Positions 50,393 to 59,681 of a DNA stretch of 64,000 nt are shown here, piece after piece. This stretch comes from Pelagibacteraceae bacterium AG-422-B15. Lineage in GTDB: Bacteria; Pseudomonadota; Alphaproteobacteria; Pelagibacterales; AG-422-B15. Position 1 is the stretch's first letter. Each line of letters opens with the position of its first letter. The stretch lies in NCBI GenBank assembly GCA_905182345.1, contig CAJJBG010000002.1, forward strand, positions 30,345 to 94,344, read 5' to 3'. Made by a program: the position numbers and the translations under genes. The notes under the pieces are model-generated. The model was not told the DNA's origin and searched no databases. It saw only the letters and a list, made by a program, of their open reading frames with translations.

Positions 50393-51356
50393 TTTTTAGA
50401 AAATTAAAGAATTTTATTATTATATGATCAAAGTTTAAATTAAACATTTTTTGATTTTTATACGCTTTATCAAGAAAATAATATGATTTAATTAATTTAA
50501 ACATATTCAGCTGCCTTCCAGTTTTAATTGTGTCAAAGGTAGTTTTCTTTATTCTCAGAAGCATATAATTAATTAGATTATCTGAATTTTCAGTGTCTAG
50601 GTTGCTATTAAAGAAATTAACGTAATGCTGAGCTGTATTAATCTTAATTTTATTAGGGTTTTTTAAAATTAAGCTAAAGTGCTCATCAATTGAATCGAAA
50701 TCATTATCTACGTAATTAAAGCTAGATTGTAAATCAGCATCACTTAATTTATAAAGTTTTTCAATATCAGTATATCTGTAATTATTATTTTTTAACAAAT
50801 CAGAATAATCAATTAAAGATAATTTATTAAATTTTAATTTATAAGACCTAGATTCTATTGTTTTAAGAAGTTTTGAATTATTATGATTGATTATTATAAA
50901 TAAAGAATTTTTAGGGGGTTCTTCAATAATCTTTAAAAGTGAATTAGATGCTTCTGTAGAAAACTCATCAATGTTATCTATTATGCAGATTCGGAACTGA
51001 CTCTCATTTTCCTTATTAGCATAAAACCTTTTTACATGAGCTATATCATCCTTATAAATTTGATTTTTATAGCGCCTCTTATCATCTAACCAGATTTTTT
51101 TTACAATTAATAAATAAGGATAACTGTTATTACAAATTTTTTTATATATAATTGAATTATCAAAAGAATAACTATCTCGCGGGTTATTTAATTGCTCAAA
51201 AATAAATTGTGCTATTCTATAAGCAGATGTTGTTTTCCCAATCCCTTTTGAGCCTTGAAATATTATTGAATTTGGTAACTTATTTTTTTTTATTAACATT
51301 GACAACTTAAGAAAGTTTTTATCATGACCTAGTATTTTTTTTGTCTGATATTCCAT
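50385..51356 (-). CDS. holB: DNA polymerase III delta' subunit
   Basis: An AAA+-like P-loop (GSKGIGKTT) is present, in the conserved tmk-holB-metG order. The ATG at 51356 (TAATG overlap with the tmk stop) is preferred over the longer ORF starting at 51386. Confidence 0.8.
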   Translation of the reverse strand: MEYQTKKILGHDKNFLKLSMLIKKNKLPNSIIFQGSKGIGKTTSAYRIAQFIFEQLNNPRDSYSFDNSIIYKKICNNSYPYLLIVKKIWLDDKRRYKNQIYKDDIAHVKRFYANKENESQFRICIIDNIDEFSTEASNSLLKIIEEPPKNSLFIIINHNNSKLLKTIESRSYKLKFNKLSLIDYSDLLKNNNYRYTDIEKLYKLSDADLQSSFNYVDNDFDSIDEHFSLILKNPNKIKINTAQHYVNFFNSNLDTENSDNLINYMLLRIKKTTFDTIKTGRQLNMFKLIKSYYFLDKAYKNQKMFNLNFDHIIIKFFNFLKNA

Positions 51357-51979
51357 TATAAGGTTTTCTTTTTTATCATATTCCAAATATCATTTTCTAT
51401 TTCTGATTTGCTTTTATTAGCATCAATAACATGAATCCTTTTCTTATTATATCTAGCCAACTTTAAATATGAACTATTAACTTTTTTATGAAATTTAAAA
51501 TCCATATTTTCATATCTTAATTCTTTATTTCCAGGTCTCTTTGATCTACTTAAGCCAATCTTTGGTTCTATATCGAGTAAAAAAGTTATTCCAGGCTTTA
51601 AGTTTCCCAAAACTAAATTTTCAATTTTTTTTATTGTTTCCATGGATGTTTTTCCACACATACCCTGATAAACGTAAGTAGAATCAATAAAACGGTCACA
51701 AAGTACCCACTTATTGTTGCTTAAAGCTGGTAAAATGAGCTTATCAACGTGATCTTTACGTGCTGCAAATAATAATAATAATTCTGATAGACTTGACCAC
51801 TTGTCAACTTTACCTGTAACAAGCAATCTTCTTATTTGTTCAGCAGATTTTGTTCCGCCTGGTTCTCTAGTTAAACAGATTTGACTGCTTGGAATTAATT
51901 TTTTAGCAAGTAGCTTTATTTGTGTTGACTTTCCTGAACCCTCACCACCTTCAAAAGTTATAAACTTTTTATAAATCAT
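51356..51979 (-). CDS. tmk: thymidylate kinase
   Basis: 207 aa. Motifs FITFEGGEGSGKSTQ, REPGGT and DRF..S..YQG are present. Confidence 0.95.
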   Translation of the reverse strand: MIYKKFITFEGGEGSGKSTQIKLLAKKLIPSSQICLTREPGGTKSAEQIRRLLVTGKVDKWSSLSELLLLFAARKDHVDKLILPALSNNKWVLCDRFIDSTYVYQGMCGKTSMETIKKIENLVLGNLKPGITFLLDIEPKIGLSRSKRPGNKELRYENMDFKFHKKVNSSYLKLARYNKKRIHVIDANKSKSEIENDIWNMIKKKTL

Positions 51980-51985
51980 ATTTTA

Positions 51986-53128
51986 TTAACTAAATATATT
52001 TGCGAATAAGTTATATATAAATGAAAAAAAGCTTGAAATATAACCAGCTTCATCAATATCAATATTAGAAATTAAATTAAAATACTGTGATTCAGATTTT
52101 GGAATAGTAACCTTTAAAGTTGCAACAACATCTCCTTTTAAAATTGGAGCCTTAAGATTGTTAATTGGAATAATTTCAGTCTCAACTGCTTTAATTCTAG
52201 CTTTTGATATTGTAACAATAATATTTTCTAAAGATGTTAATGGAATAGTATCTTGAGAAGCCATACTGATTGGAAGATTATCAATTAATATGTCTTTTTT
52301 AAATAATACTAAATTTGTGTATTCTCTGAAACCCCAGTTTAATAGCCGAGCTGTTCCCTGGGATCTTTTCTGAGAAGTACTAAAACCATTGCCAACTACT
52401 ATTAAGCGACGACCATCATTTACTGCAGATGCAGCCAATCCATAGCCTGAGATGGATAAATGTCCTGTCTTCAATCCATCAGCACCAATATCTTTGTACA
52501 AAAGTGGGTTTCTATTATTTTGCTTAATTCCAGACCATTCAAATTCAGTTTCACTAAATAAATGATAATATTCAGGATAATTCATAATTATATAGCGTGA
52601 CATTTTAGCTATATCTGCTGCGGTTGAATAATTATCATCATCATGCATTCCAGTAGAGTTGGAAAAATTTGTATTTTTTAATCCAATATCTTTAGCCATT
52701 TGATTCATTAATAATGAAAATGTTTCCTCTGACCCAGAAATATTTTCAGCGACAACAATACAAGCATCATTTCCTGATTGAACAATTATTCCACGCAGCA
52801 GATCTTCTACTCGAATTTCTTTATCAATTTCGACAAACATTGATGAGCCTTCACGTTCTTTCCATGCTCTCTCACTAACTATAAAAGTATCATCTAAAGT
52901 AAGGCTGCCATTAGAAAGTTTTTCAAATACAATTAAAGCTGTCATAATTTTAGTCATCGAAGCTGGGTAAGTTTTTTGATCTGATTTTTTGTCATAAAGA
53001 ACAAAGCCAGTGTCTGAATCAATAATAATTGCTGTTTCAGCATTTGTATCAATTAGCGCAAATGCGCTATGAATAGTTATAATTAAAGAGATAATTATAG
53101 TGATAATTATAGTGATAATGTGTTTCAT
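51986..53128 (-). CDS. D-alanyl-D-alanine carboxypeptidase (PBP5/6 family, S11 peptidase)
   Basis: 380 aa with a signal peptide, SxxK (ASMTK), SGN and KTG motifs, and the PBP5 C-terminal domain. Confidence 0.9.
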   Translation of the reverse strand: MKHIITIIITIIISLIITIHSAFALIDTNAETAIIIDSDTGFVLYDKKSDQKTYPASMTKIMTALIVFEKLSNGSLTLDDTFIVSERAWKEREGSSMFVEIDKEIRVEDLLRGIIVQSGNDACIVVAENISGSEETFSLLMNQMAKDIGLKNTNFSNSTGMHDDDNYSTAADIAKMSRYIIMNYPEYYHLFSETEFEWSGIKQNNRNPLLYKDIGADGLKTGHLSISGYGLAASAVNDGRRLIVVGNGFSTSQKRSQGTARLLNWGFREYTNLVLFKKDILIDNLPISMASQDTIPLTSLENIIVTISKARIKAVETEIIPINNLKAPILKGDVVATLKVTIPKSESQYFNLISNIDIDEAGYISSFFSFIYNLFANIFS

Positions 53129-53136
53129 TCTTTTTC

Positions 53137-54015
53137 CTATTCTATAAATATTGATATGTCTTCGTATGATTGAATTGTGTCATTATTTAGAGTCCTATTC
53201 AAATTAATCATATTTTTGAAAGGTCCAACAACTACTTTATACATCGATTTCTCGTTAAATCTTGTTTTAATTATCTTAATATTTTTAAGACCATTTAGGT
53301 TATTTTTTATAGCAACTGCATTCTCTTTAAATGATAAGGTAGCAATATGGAGATATATTTCAATCTCTTTATTGGCTTCTTCAATCATAAATCCATCAAA
53401 ATCAATGGTACTATTTTCACCATCATTATACTCTGATAAATCTTCTGGAGTGTATGTTTCTTTAATAGAAGATACAGAGACGTCATCTATTGGAGCACTT
53501 GATAATATTTTTTTTTCAGCATTATAAGTTTTAGCTTCATTTAGTATGAAAGATTCATTGTCTGATATTAATTCGATTTTAACTAAATTATCATTTTCAA
53601 TTAACTGAAGCTTCTTAAATACCACCTGAGATAACTCTATAATGTTAGTGTTAGAAAATGATCCTCTATGATTTGCTCTCACTATCATTGAATATCCATT
53701 TTTAAGATTTGTTACTCTAATATTTGATGCCAACCCAAGACTTCTGTGTGATGCGGAGGCTACATCATTATGAAAAATTTCTCCATTCTTTGTTCTATTT
53801 CCATTAGTTAAAATTGTTATTCTTGTAGCAGTACCAATTTCATTAAGTTCTTTGTAATCATATGGGAAAAACCATTTTCCATTGATTTCGTATGGTGGCT
53901 CAATCAATTTAAATGATTTAATGGAAATATCCATCTTATCATATTTAGATAAATTTAATACGGTAGTGCAATTGCTTAATAAAACTGTCAGCAATAGTAT
54001 TAATAAAATTTTCAC
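53137..54015 (-). CDS. rlpA: septal ring lytic transglycosylase RlpA family lipoprotein with SPOR domain
   Basis: 292 aa with a lipobox (LLSNC), a DPBB domain (VTNL.NG.S..VRAN.RG) and a C-terminal SPOR-like domain. Confidence 0.8.
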   Translation of the reverse strand: MKILLILLLTVLLSNCTTVLNLSKYDKMDISIKSFKLIEPPYEINGKWFFPYDYKELNEIGTATRITILTNGNRTKNGEIFHNDVASASHRSLGLASNIRVTNLKNGYSMIVRANHRGSFSNTNIIELSQVVFKKLQLIENDNLVKIELISDNESFILNEAKTYNAEKKILSSAPIDDVSVSSIKETYTPEDLSEYNDGENSTIDFDGFMIEEANKEIEIYLHIATLSFKENAVAIKNNLNGLKNIKIIKTRFNEKSMYKVVVGPFKNMINLNRTLNNDTIQSYEDISIFIE

Positions 54016-54017
54016 TA

Positions 54018-55015
54018 TTAGTAATACTCAATTAAGTCTGAAAGCCTACCAACAGCTAAGCCAAAGAATAATGAGCGGTTCCATTTTAATATAGTTTTAA
54101 AGTTTTCATAAACAATGAACTTTCTTCCATCAACTCCCTCAGGATAAACTAGATAGGCATCAATATCTACTTCAGGTAAATTAGATCCATCTAAATTTCT
54201 AACACCCATTTTTGCCCATTCAGATATTTTTTTATTTACATCAACTCTTTTTGCAGAAGTAGTGATATAATCATCCTTGATTTTTTTAATAACAGTAACT
54301 TCCCTGCCCCATGTTTCGTTGTCATTCCATCCAGATGAAAATAAGTAATTTGCAGCTGAAGCAAAAACATCTGGCAATGTATTCCAAATATCTTTTTTTC
54401 CATCTTTATTAAAATCCACAGCATGGTTTAAAAAGCTTGATGGCATAAATTGACACTGTCCCATTGCTCCTGCCCATGAACCATCCATAGTAAGTGCACT
54501 TACATGGCCTTGGTCAATTATTATAAGTGCATTGATTAATTCTTGCGTAAAATACTCTCTTCTGCGCATGTCATAACTTAATGTTGCTAGAGACTCTATT
54601 ACATTAAAAGAGCCTGTGTACCTACCAAAGCTTGTTTCAATTCCCCATAAGGCAAGTATGAATCTTGGCTGAACATTGTATGCTCTAGCTACCTCTAAAA
54701 GCAGCTTATTATGCTTTATGTAAAGTTTCTTTCCTTTGTTAACTCTAAATTTTGGCGTCGTGTTATTTAGATATTCATCCAGAGTAATTGTAAATTCCGG
54801 CTGTTTTTGGTCTAATTCAATAATCCTCTTATTTGGCTGAATATCAATAAAGGATGAGTCTATAGTTTCCTGAGATATGCCCTTTTGTAATGCACTCTCT
54901 TGAAATGATACAAGCCAATCATTAAATGAGATGAAGTCTTCCGAAAATACAATCTTAGAGTTGCCAAATAAGGCAATTAATATAAAAAATTGAATTAATA
55001 TTTTTTTTTTTTCAT
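54018..55015 (-). CDS. mltB: lytic murein transglycosylase (MltB family), with the start codon out of frame because of an A12 run
   Basis: The 183-aa ORF in the track (GSWAGAMGQCQFMPSSF) is only the C-terminal half. The same frame stays open up to 55022 and encodes a signal-peptide core plus the N-terminal MltB region (QPEF, WGIETSFGRYTGSF, LATLSYDMRRREYF), but it has no ATG/GTG/TTG. The only ATG (55015-55013) is 1 nt out of frame across A12. Confidence 0.8.
55001..55012 (-). repeat. A12 homopolymer (T12 on the + strand) directly after the mltB ATG
   Basis: Counted directly as 12 T at 55001-55012, flanked by A (55000) and C (55013). Confidence 0.95.
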
Positions 55016-55041
55016 AGTATAATCATACAAGTATCAAATAT

Positions 55042-56016
55042 ATGCCTAACGTCAAAACATTAATAGATTTAATCGGCAATACACCAATTGTTCAAGTTAA
55101 AAATATGGATACTGGACCATGTAATCTATTTCTTAAATTAGAAGGAAATAATCCAGGCTCTTCAATTAAAGACAGAGTTGCACTTCAAATTATTGAAACT
55201 GCTGAACGTGAAGGTAAGCTAAAGGAAGGTTCAACAATTATAGAGGCCTCTGCTGGTAACACTGCAATGGGACTAGCCTTGATTGCAAAGTTAAAAGGTT
55301 ATAAAGCAAAAGTTGTAATTTTAGATAAAATGAATAAGAATAAAATACTTCACTTGAAGGCAATTGGTGCAGAAATTATCATGGCACGTAGTGATGTTGG
55401 CCCAGATCATCCAGAACACTATATCGCAATTGCAAAAAAACTTGCTGATGAAATGCCAAACTCTTTTTTTGCAAGCCAGTTTACAAACATGTCAAATCCT
55501 TTAGCTCACGAATTAACAACAGCTCCAGAAATTTATAATCAGCTTGATGGTGACGTTGATGCAATTGTATGTGGCGTTGGCTCGGGTGGAACTATATCTG
55601 GTATTGGAAAATATTTTAATGAACACTCACCTAAAACAGTAATAATTGCAGCAGATCCAAAAGGATCTATAATTAAAGATACTGTAGAAGGTAATGAAAT
55701 TAAACCAATTGAGGGATCTGGATGGCTAGTAGAAGGAATAGGAGAAGATTTTATCCCAGACACATTAAATCTTGAATATGTAACTAAAGCTTACGAGATT
55801 GATGACAAAGAAGCTTTTAAGACAATACGGGATGTAGCCTATAACGAAGGTATTTTAGGTGGATCTTCTTGTGGTACATTAATTGCATCTGCATTAAGAT
55901 ATTGTAGAGAACAGGTCGTTAAGAAAAATGTTGTAACTTTTGTTTGTGATAATGGTGAAAAGTATCTTGATACAGCATACAATGATAATTGGTTAAAAGA
56001 AAAAAACATATTATGA
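55042..56016 (+). CDS. PLP-dependent cysteine synthase / cystathionine beta-synthase family enzyme (no CBS-pair domains)
   Basis: 324 aa. The lysine motif GSSIKDR, plus SAGNTA.GLA and GVGSGGT.SG, are present. It is paired with a cystathionine gamma-lyase-type gene. Confidence 0.85.
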   Translation: MPNVKTLIDLIGNTPIVQVKNMDTGPCNLFLKLEGNNPGSSIKDRVALQIIETAEREGKLKEGSTIIEASAGNTAMGLALIAKLKGYKAKVVILDKMNKNKILHLKAIGAEIIMARSDVGPDHPEHYIAIAKKLADEMPNSFFASQFTNMSNPLAHELTTAPEIYNQLDGDVDAIVCGVGSGGTISGIGKYFNEHSPKTVIIAADPKGSIIKDTVEGNEIKPIEGSGWLVEGIGEDFIPDTLNLEYVTKAYEIDDKEAFKTIRDVAYNEGILGGSSCGTLIASALRYCREQVVKKNVVTFVCDNGEKYLDTAYNDNWLKEKNIL

Positions 56017-57167
56017 ATAAAAAAAGAGATCATATTGAAACACGCGTAGTACACGCTGGTGTTAAGCCTGAACCAATAACTGGTGCAGTTATGACACCAA
56101 TATTTGCATCATCAACCTTTGCTCAAAAAGAACCAGGAAAACACTCAGGTTACGAGTATGGACGCTCTCAAAACCCAACTCGGGATGCACTCGAAACTTC
56201 ATTAGCGGACTTAGAAAATGGTACAAATGGGTTTGTTTTTAGTTCAGGCTTGGCCGCACAATCAGCTATTCTGGAACTTTTGCGCCCAGGTGATCATATT
56301 ATTGCTTTTGATGATTTGTATGGTGGTACTTTTCGATTACTAGAAGAAATTAAGAAAAAATCTTCTGCCATTGAGATTTCATATGTTGATTTTAATAAGG
56401 TTGATTTAAATAAAGTAATTAAGAAAAATACTAAATTAATTTGGATTGAAACACCAACAAATCCGTTGCTCAAAATTACTGATTTAAAGAAAATTTCTAA
56501 TATAGCTAAAAAACATAAAGTATTAACAGTGTGTGATAATACATTTGCTAGTCCAATAAATCAGAATCCATTGGATCTAGGTATTGATATTGTAAACCAT
56601 TCAACTACAAAATATATAAATGGTCATTCAGACATTATTGGCGGTGCGCTTGTAATTAAAAATAATAAGAAATTATCAGATAAGCTTGCATTTATACAAA
56701 ATTCTATAGGTGCTGTCCCTAGTCCATTTGATTGCTTTTTAGTTTTAAGGGCAATTAAGACATTGGCTTTAAGAATGAAACAGCATAATTCAAATGGAAT
56801 TAAAATTGCAAAATTTTTAGCTAATCATAAAAAAATATCAAAAGTTTTATACCCTGGATTAAATACCCATCCACAATTTAAAATTGCAAAAAAACAAATG
56901 TCTGGATTTGGATCGGTAATTACATTTTACCACAAAGGTAACTTAAAACAGATTAAGAAATTTATGCAAAAACTTAAAATATTTGTTATTGCAGAAAGCT
57001 TGGGTGGCGTTGAAAGTTTAATAGAATCCCCTGCCTTGATGACACATGCATACGTTAATACTAAAAAAAATCAACTAACACCAATTCCTATAAATTTAAT
57101 ACGTATTTCAGTTGGAATTGAAGAGTCTAATGATTTAATTGCTGATCTAAAACAAGCTTTAATTTAA
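56013..57167 (+). CDS. Cys/Met-metabolism PLP enzyme (cystathionine gamma-lyase/gamma-synthase family)
   Basis: Motifs YGRSQNPTR and HSTTKYINGHSD (PLP lysine) are present. The ATG at 56013 forms an ATGA overlap with the upstream stop and is preferred over the TTG at 55989. Confidence 0.88.
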   Translation: MNKKRDHIETRVVHAGVKPEPITGAVMTPIFASSTFAQKEPGKHSGYEYGRSQNPTRDALETSLADLENGTNGFVFSSGLAAQSAILELLRPGDHIIAFDDLYGGTFRLLEEIKKKSSAIEISYVDFNKVDLNKVIKKNTKLIWIETPTNPLLKITDLKKISNIAKKHKVLTVCDNTFASPINQNPLDLGIDIVNHSTTKYINGHSDIIGGALVIKNNKKLSDKLAFIQNSIGAVPSPFDCFLVLRAIKTLALRMKQHNSNGIKIAKFLANHKKISKVLYPGLNTHPQFKIAKKQMSGFGSVITFYHKGNLKQIKKFMQKLKIFVIAESLGGVESLIESPALMTHAYVNTKKNQLTPIPINLIRISVGIEESNDLIADLKQALI

Positions 57168-58054
57168 TTCATACTCAAGATAGCGTTGCAGATAGAGGAA
57201 ATGCGACTATCAATATTATGTGATCGACTTGTAATTACCACAGGCACCTTACTTCCAACAACAAATCCGCCCGCAGTAGCATTTAAATAATTAACCATAA
57301 CCTTAACAATTGCATTTCCAGTTTCAATGTTAGGCATGACTAAAATATTTGCATGCCCCGTTACCTCATCTACATTTCCTTTAATTTGCGCTGCCTCTAA
57401 AGAAATGGCATTGTCAAAAGCAAGTGGACCGCTTACTGGTATGTCTGGAAATTCTTTTTGAGCCCATCTTTCAATTTTTTCAGCCTCTAAACTACTTGCT
57501 AAGCTATCTAAAGTTTTTTCTGTTGCAGATAAAATAGCCACTTTAGGTTTAAAATTATCGAGTTTGACTGAAAAATTGATCGAATTTCTAACGATACTTT
57601 GCTTTGTTCTCAGGCTAGGCATGATGTTTAAAGCACCATCTGTAATGATTAAAGGGCCTTTTTCATCGTCAAATGTTAGCAACCACAAATGAGACATTCT
57701 AACGCCTTTAGTTAAAAGTTGATGTTCAGATTTGATATACTCAGCCATCATTATATCTGAGTGCATATGTCCCTTTACAATTAGCCTTACTTTATTTGAG
57801 CTTGCTAATTTACAAGCAATTTCTGCGGATTCTGCCTCACTATTAGAACTTATTAATCTTTCTTCTTCTATACTAGACCAGTTGATGTTTATAAGAATTT
57901 TTTTTATTATATTAATATTGCCAATTAAGTATGGATTTATAAGGCCTAATTCGAAAGCATTTTTAGCAGAAAGAATTGATAACTCATTGTTTGCATTAAC
58001 TATAGCAGCATCTAAGTATATATTTTTCTTAATTAAATCAATATTTTGTATCAT
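57164..58054 (-). CDS. phosphate acetyl/butyryl-transferase family protein
   Basis: 296 aa, PTA_PTB-like, with KG..H.D, P.VA.LSA.E and N.L..P..E.GN motifs. Confidence 0.7.
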   Translation of the reverse strand: MIQNIDLIKKNIYLDAAIVNANNELSILSAKNAFELGLINPYLIGNINIIKKILININWSSIEEERLISSNSEAESAEIACKLASSNKVRLIVKGHMHSDIMMAEYIKSEHQLLTKGVRMSHLWLLTFDDEKGPLIITDGALNIMPSLRTKQSIVRNSINFSVKLDNFKPKVAILSATEKTLDSLASSLEAEKIERWAQKEFPDIPVSGPLAFDNAISLEAAQIKGNVDEVTGHANILVMPNIETGNAIVKVMVNYLNATAGGFVVGSKVPVVITSRSHNIDSRISSICNAILSMN

Positions 58055-58142
58055 TTATATAAACTAAATTATTAATATTTATTAAATTTTAATATTTTAT
58101 TAAAAAATTACTTTAAATATTTAATATAATTAATTGATTTAA

Positions 58143-58253
58143 TTAAATAAATAAAATTATAATAATTGGTATTAAAATCAATAATCCAAATAAAGAGAAG
58201 CTTAGGAATCTGTAAATTACCCTTAATAAATCTCTAGTCGTTAACTTAAACAT
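58143..58253 (-). CDS. candidate 36-aa hydrophobic mini-protein (MFKLTTRDLLRVIYRFLSFSLFGLLILIPIIIILFI)
   Basis: It runs from ATG to TAA, below the ORF-track cutoff. A basic N-terminus precedes one TM-length hydrophobic stretch. It starts 2 nt after the stop of the upstream 26-aa ORF. Random ORFs in AT-rich DNA also look hydrophobic, so support is weak. Confidence 0.25.
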   Translation of the reverse strand: MFKLTTRDLLRVIYRFLSFSLFGLLILIPIIIILFI

Positions 58254-58255
58254 AT

Positions 58256-58336
58256 TTAAATAACCAAAATAACAATAAGGTAAATTATAACAAAGAAACT
58301 AATTGTTGATAACCACCCTACTAACCAATCCATCAT
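58256..58336 (-). CDS. candidate 26-aa hydrophobic mini-protein (MMDWLVGWLSTISFFVIIYLIVILVI)
   Basis: It runs from ATG-ATG to TAA and is locally less AT-rich than the flanking spacer. No clear SD is present. Support is weak. Confidence 0.25.
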   Translation of the reverse strand: MMDWLVGWLSTISFFVIIYLIVILVI

Positions 58337-58387
58337 AATAAATAATTATATAATATTTATTAAAGATGGAGTATCAATAATTTCAAT

Positions 58388-59566
58388 ATGGATAGAAAAT
58401 ACGACATAATAATATACGGTGCGACTGGATTTACAGGGTCTTTAGGGGCTAAGTATATAGAGAAATACAGTGATGAGCTAAATTGGGCTATTGCTGGAAG
58501 AAACACAGCTAAATTAACAGAGCTTCAAAGCCAATTACCAAGCAAACCTGATATTATTATTGCTGATGCTAATGACGAAGCTGCTTTAACCAACCTAACA
58601 AAATCAACAAAGGTTGTTGCCTCTTATGCAGGTCCATTCAATAAATACAGCAATATATTAGTCAAGGCATGTGTTGTTTCTGCTACGCATTATGTTGATA
58701 TAACTGGTGAAGCGATTTGGGTACGAGATCTAATTGATAATTATCACCAAGAGTGCATTGAAAAAAAAATCAAAATAATACCAGCATGTGGCTATGATTC
58801 AATTCCATCAGATTTAGGAACTTACTACACAGCAAAACAAATCAATGAACCTTTAAAATCAATTTTTGCTTATCATGACATGGCAGGAGGAATTAGTGGT
58901 GGTACCATAGAAAGTGCATTCACAATGCGTGACTTTAAAAGTAAACATAAAATGGGTCACCCTTTTCTTTTAAATCCAAAAGGCACATACTCCAAAGTCC
59001 AAAAATTACTTAGCAAGGACTATTTTGCGATTAAAAAAAATAAGAAATTAGATAAATGGATAGTGCCATTTGTAATGGCAATTACAAACACAAGACCCGT
59101 AAGAAGATCCGCTGCCTTAATGGAAGCTAAGCAGCAATCATATGGTCCAGATTTTGTATATAATGAATTTCAAATGGTAAATAAGTTTTCTAAGGCAGTA
59201 ATAACCACAATATCATTGGCAGTACTAGGTATGATTATTGTAAGTCCTTTTAGAAATTTTCTCAGAAAATTTTTTCCTAAACCTGGAACAGGACCAAATG
59301 AAAAAACTAGAAACAACGGTTGGTACGAAGCTTTGTTTGTCGCAAAAACAACTAAAAATCAAGAATATGTTTATCGAATATTTGGTAAAGGTGACCCAGG
59401 ATATAAAAGTACTTCAATGTTTCTAGTAGAAAGCGCAATATCTTTATTAAAAAATTCTGATACAGGTGAGTACGGCGTGCTAACACCGGCCACAGGACTA
59501 GGTGATGTTTTAATTGCCAGATTAAAAGATCAAGGTGTTATATTTGAAGGACCTATAAATAAGTAA
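58388..59566 (+). CDS. saccharopine dehydrogenase-like NAD(P)-binding oxidoreductase
   Basis: 392 aa. The N-terminal Rossmann motif IIYGATGFTG and PACGYDSIPSD are typical of the Sacchrp_dh_NADP family. Confidence 0.75.
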   Translation: MDRKYDIIIYGATGFTGSLGAKYIEKYSDELNWAIAGRNTAKLTELQSQLPSKPDIIIADANDEAALTNLTKSTKVVASYAGPFNKYSNILVKACVVSATHYVDITGEAIWVRDLIDNYHQECIEKKIKIIPACGYDSIPSDLGTYYTAKQINEPLKSIFAYHDMAGGISGGTIESAFTMRDFKSKHKMGHPFLLNPKGTYSKVQKLLSKDYFAIKKNKKLDKWIVPFVMAITNTRPVRRSAALMEAKQQSYGPDFVYNEFQMVNKFSKAVITTISLAVLGMIIVSPFRNFLRKFFPKPGTGPNEKTRNNGWYEALFVAKTTKNQEYVYRIFGKGDPGYKSTSMFLVESAISLLKNSDTGEYGVLTPATGLGDVLIARLKDQGVIFEGPINK

Positions 59567-59681
59567 AATTATTTATAATTAAATAATTAAAGTATATAAA
59601 AAGCCATTTTATGTTAATAAAAAAACCCTTTACTTACCAAGCCTTGTAGCGTTAAATAAAATTCATTTTTATATAAATTAT

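Noticed and set aside
54236-54424. 62-aa alternative-frame minus-strand ORF inside mltB.
   Set aside because: It is out of frame with the conserved transglycosylase sequence and carries no motif.
55989-56012. TTG start at 55989 for the cystathionine gamma-lyase-type gene, as listed in the ORF track.
   Set aside because: The ATG at 56013 gives an ATGA stop-start overlap with the upstream gene and an N-terminus of normal length. The TTG extension lies wholly inside the upstream CDS.
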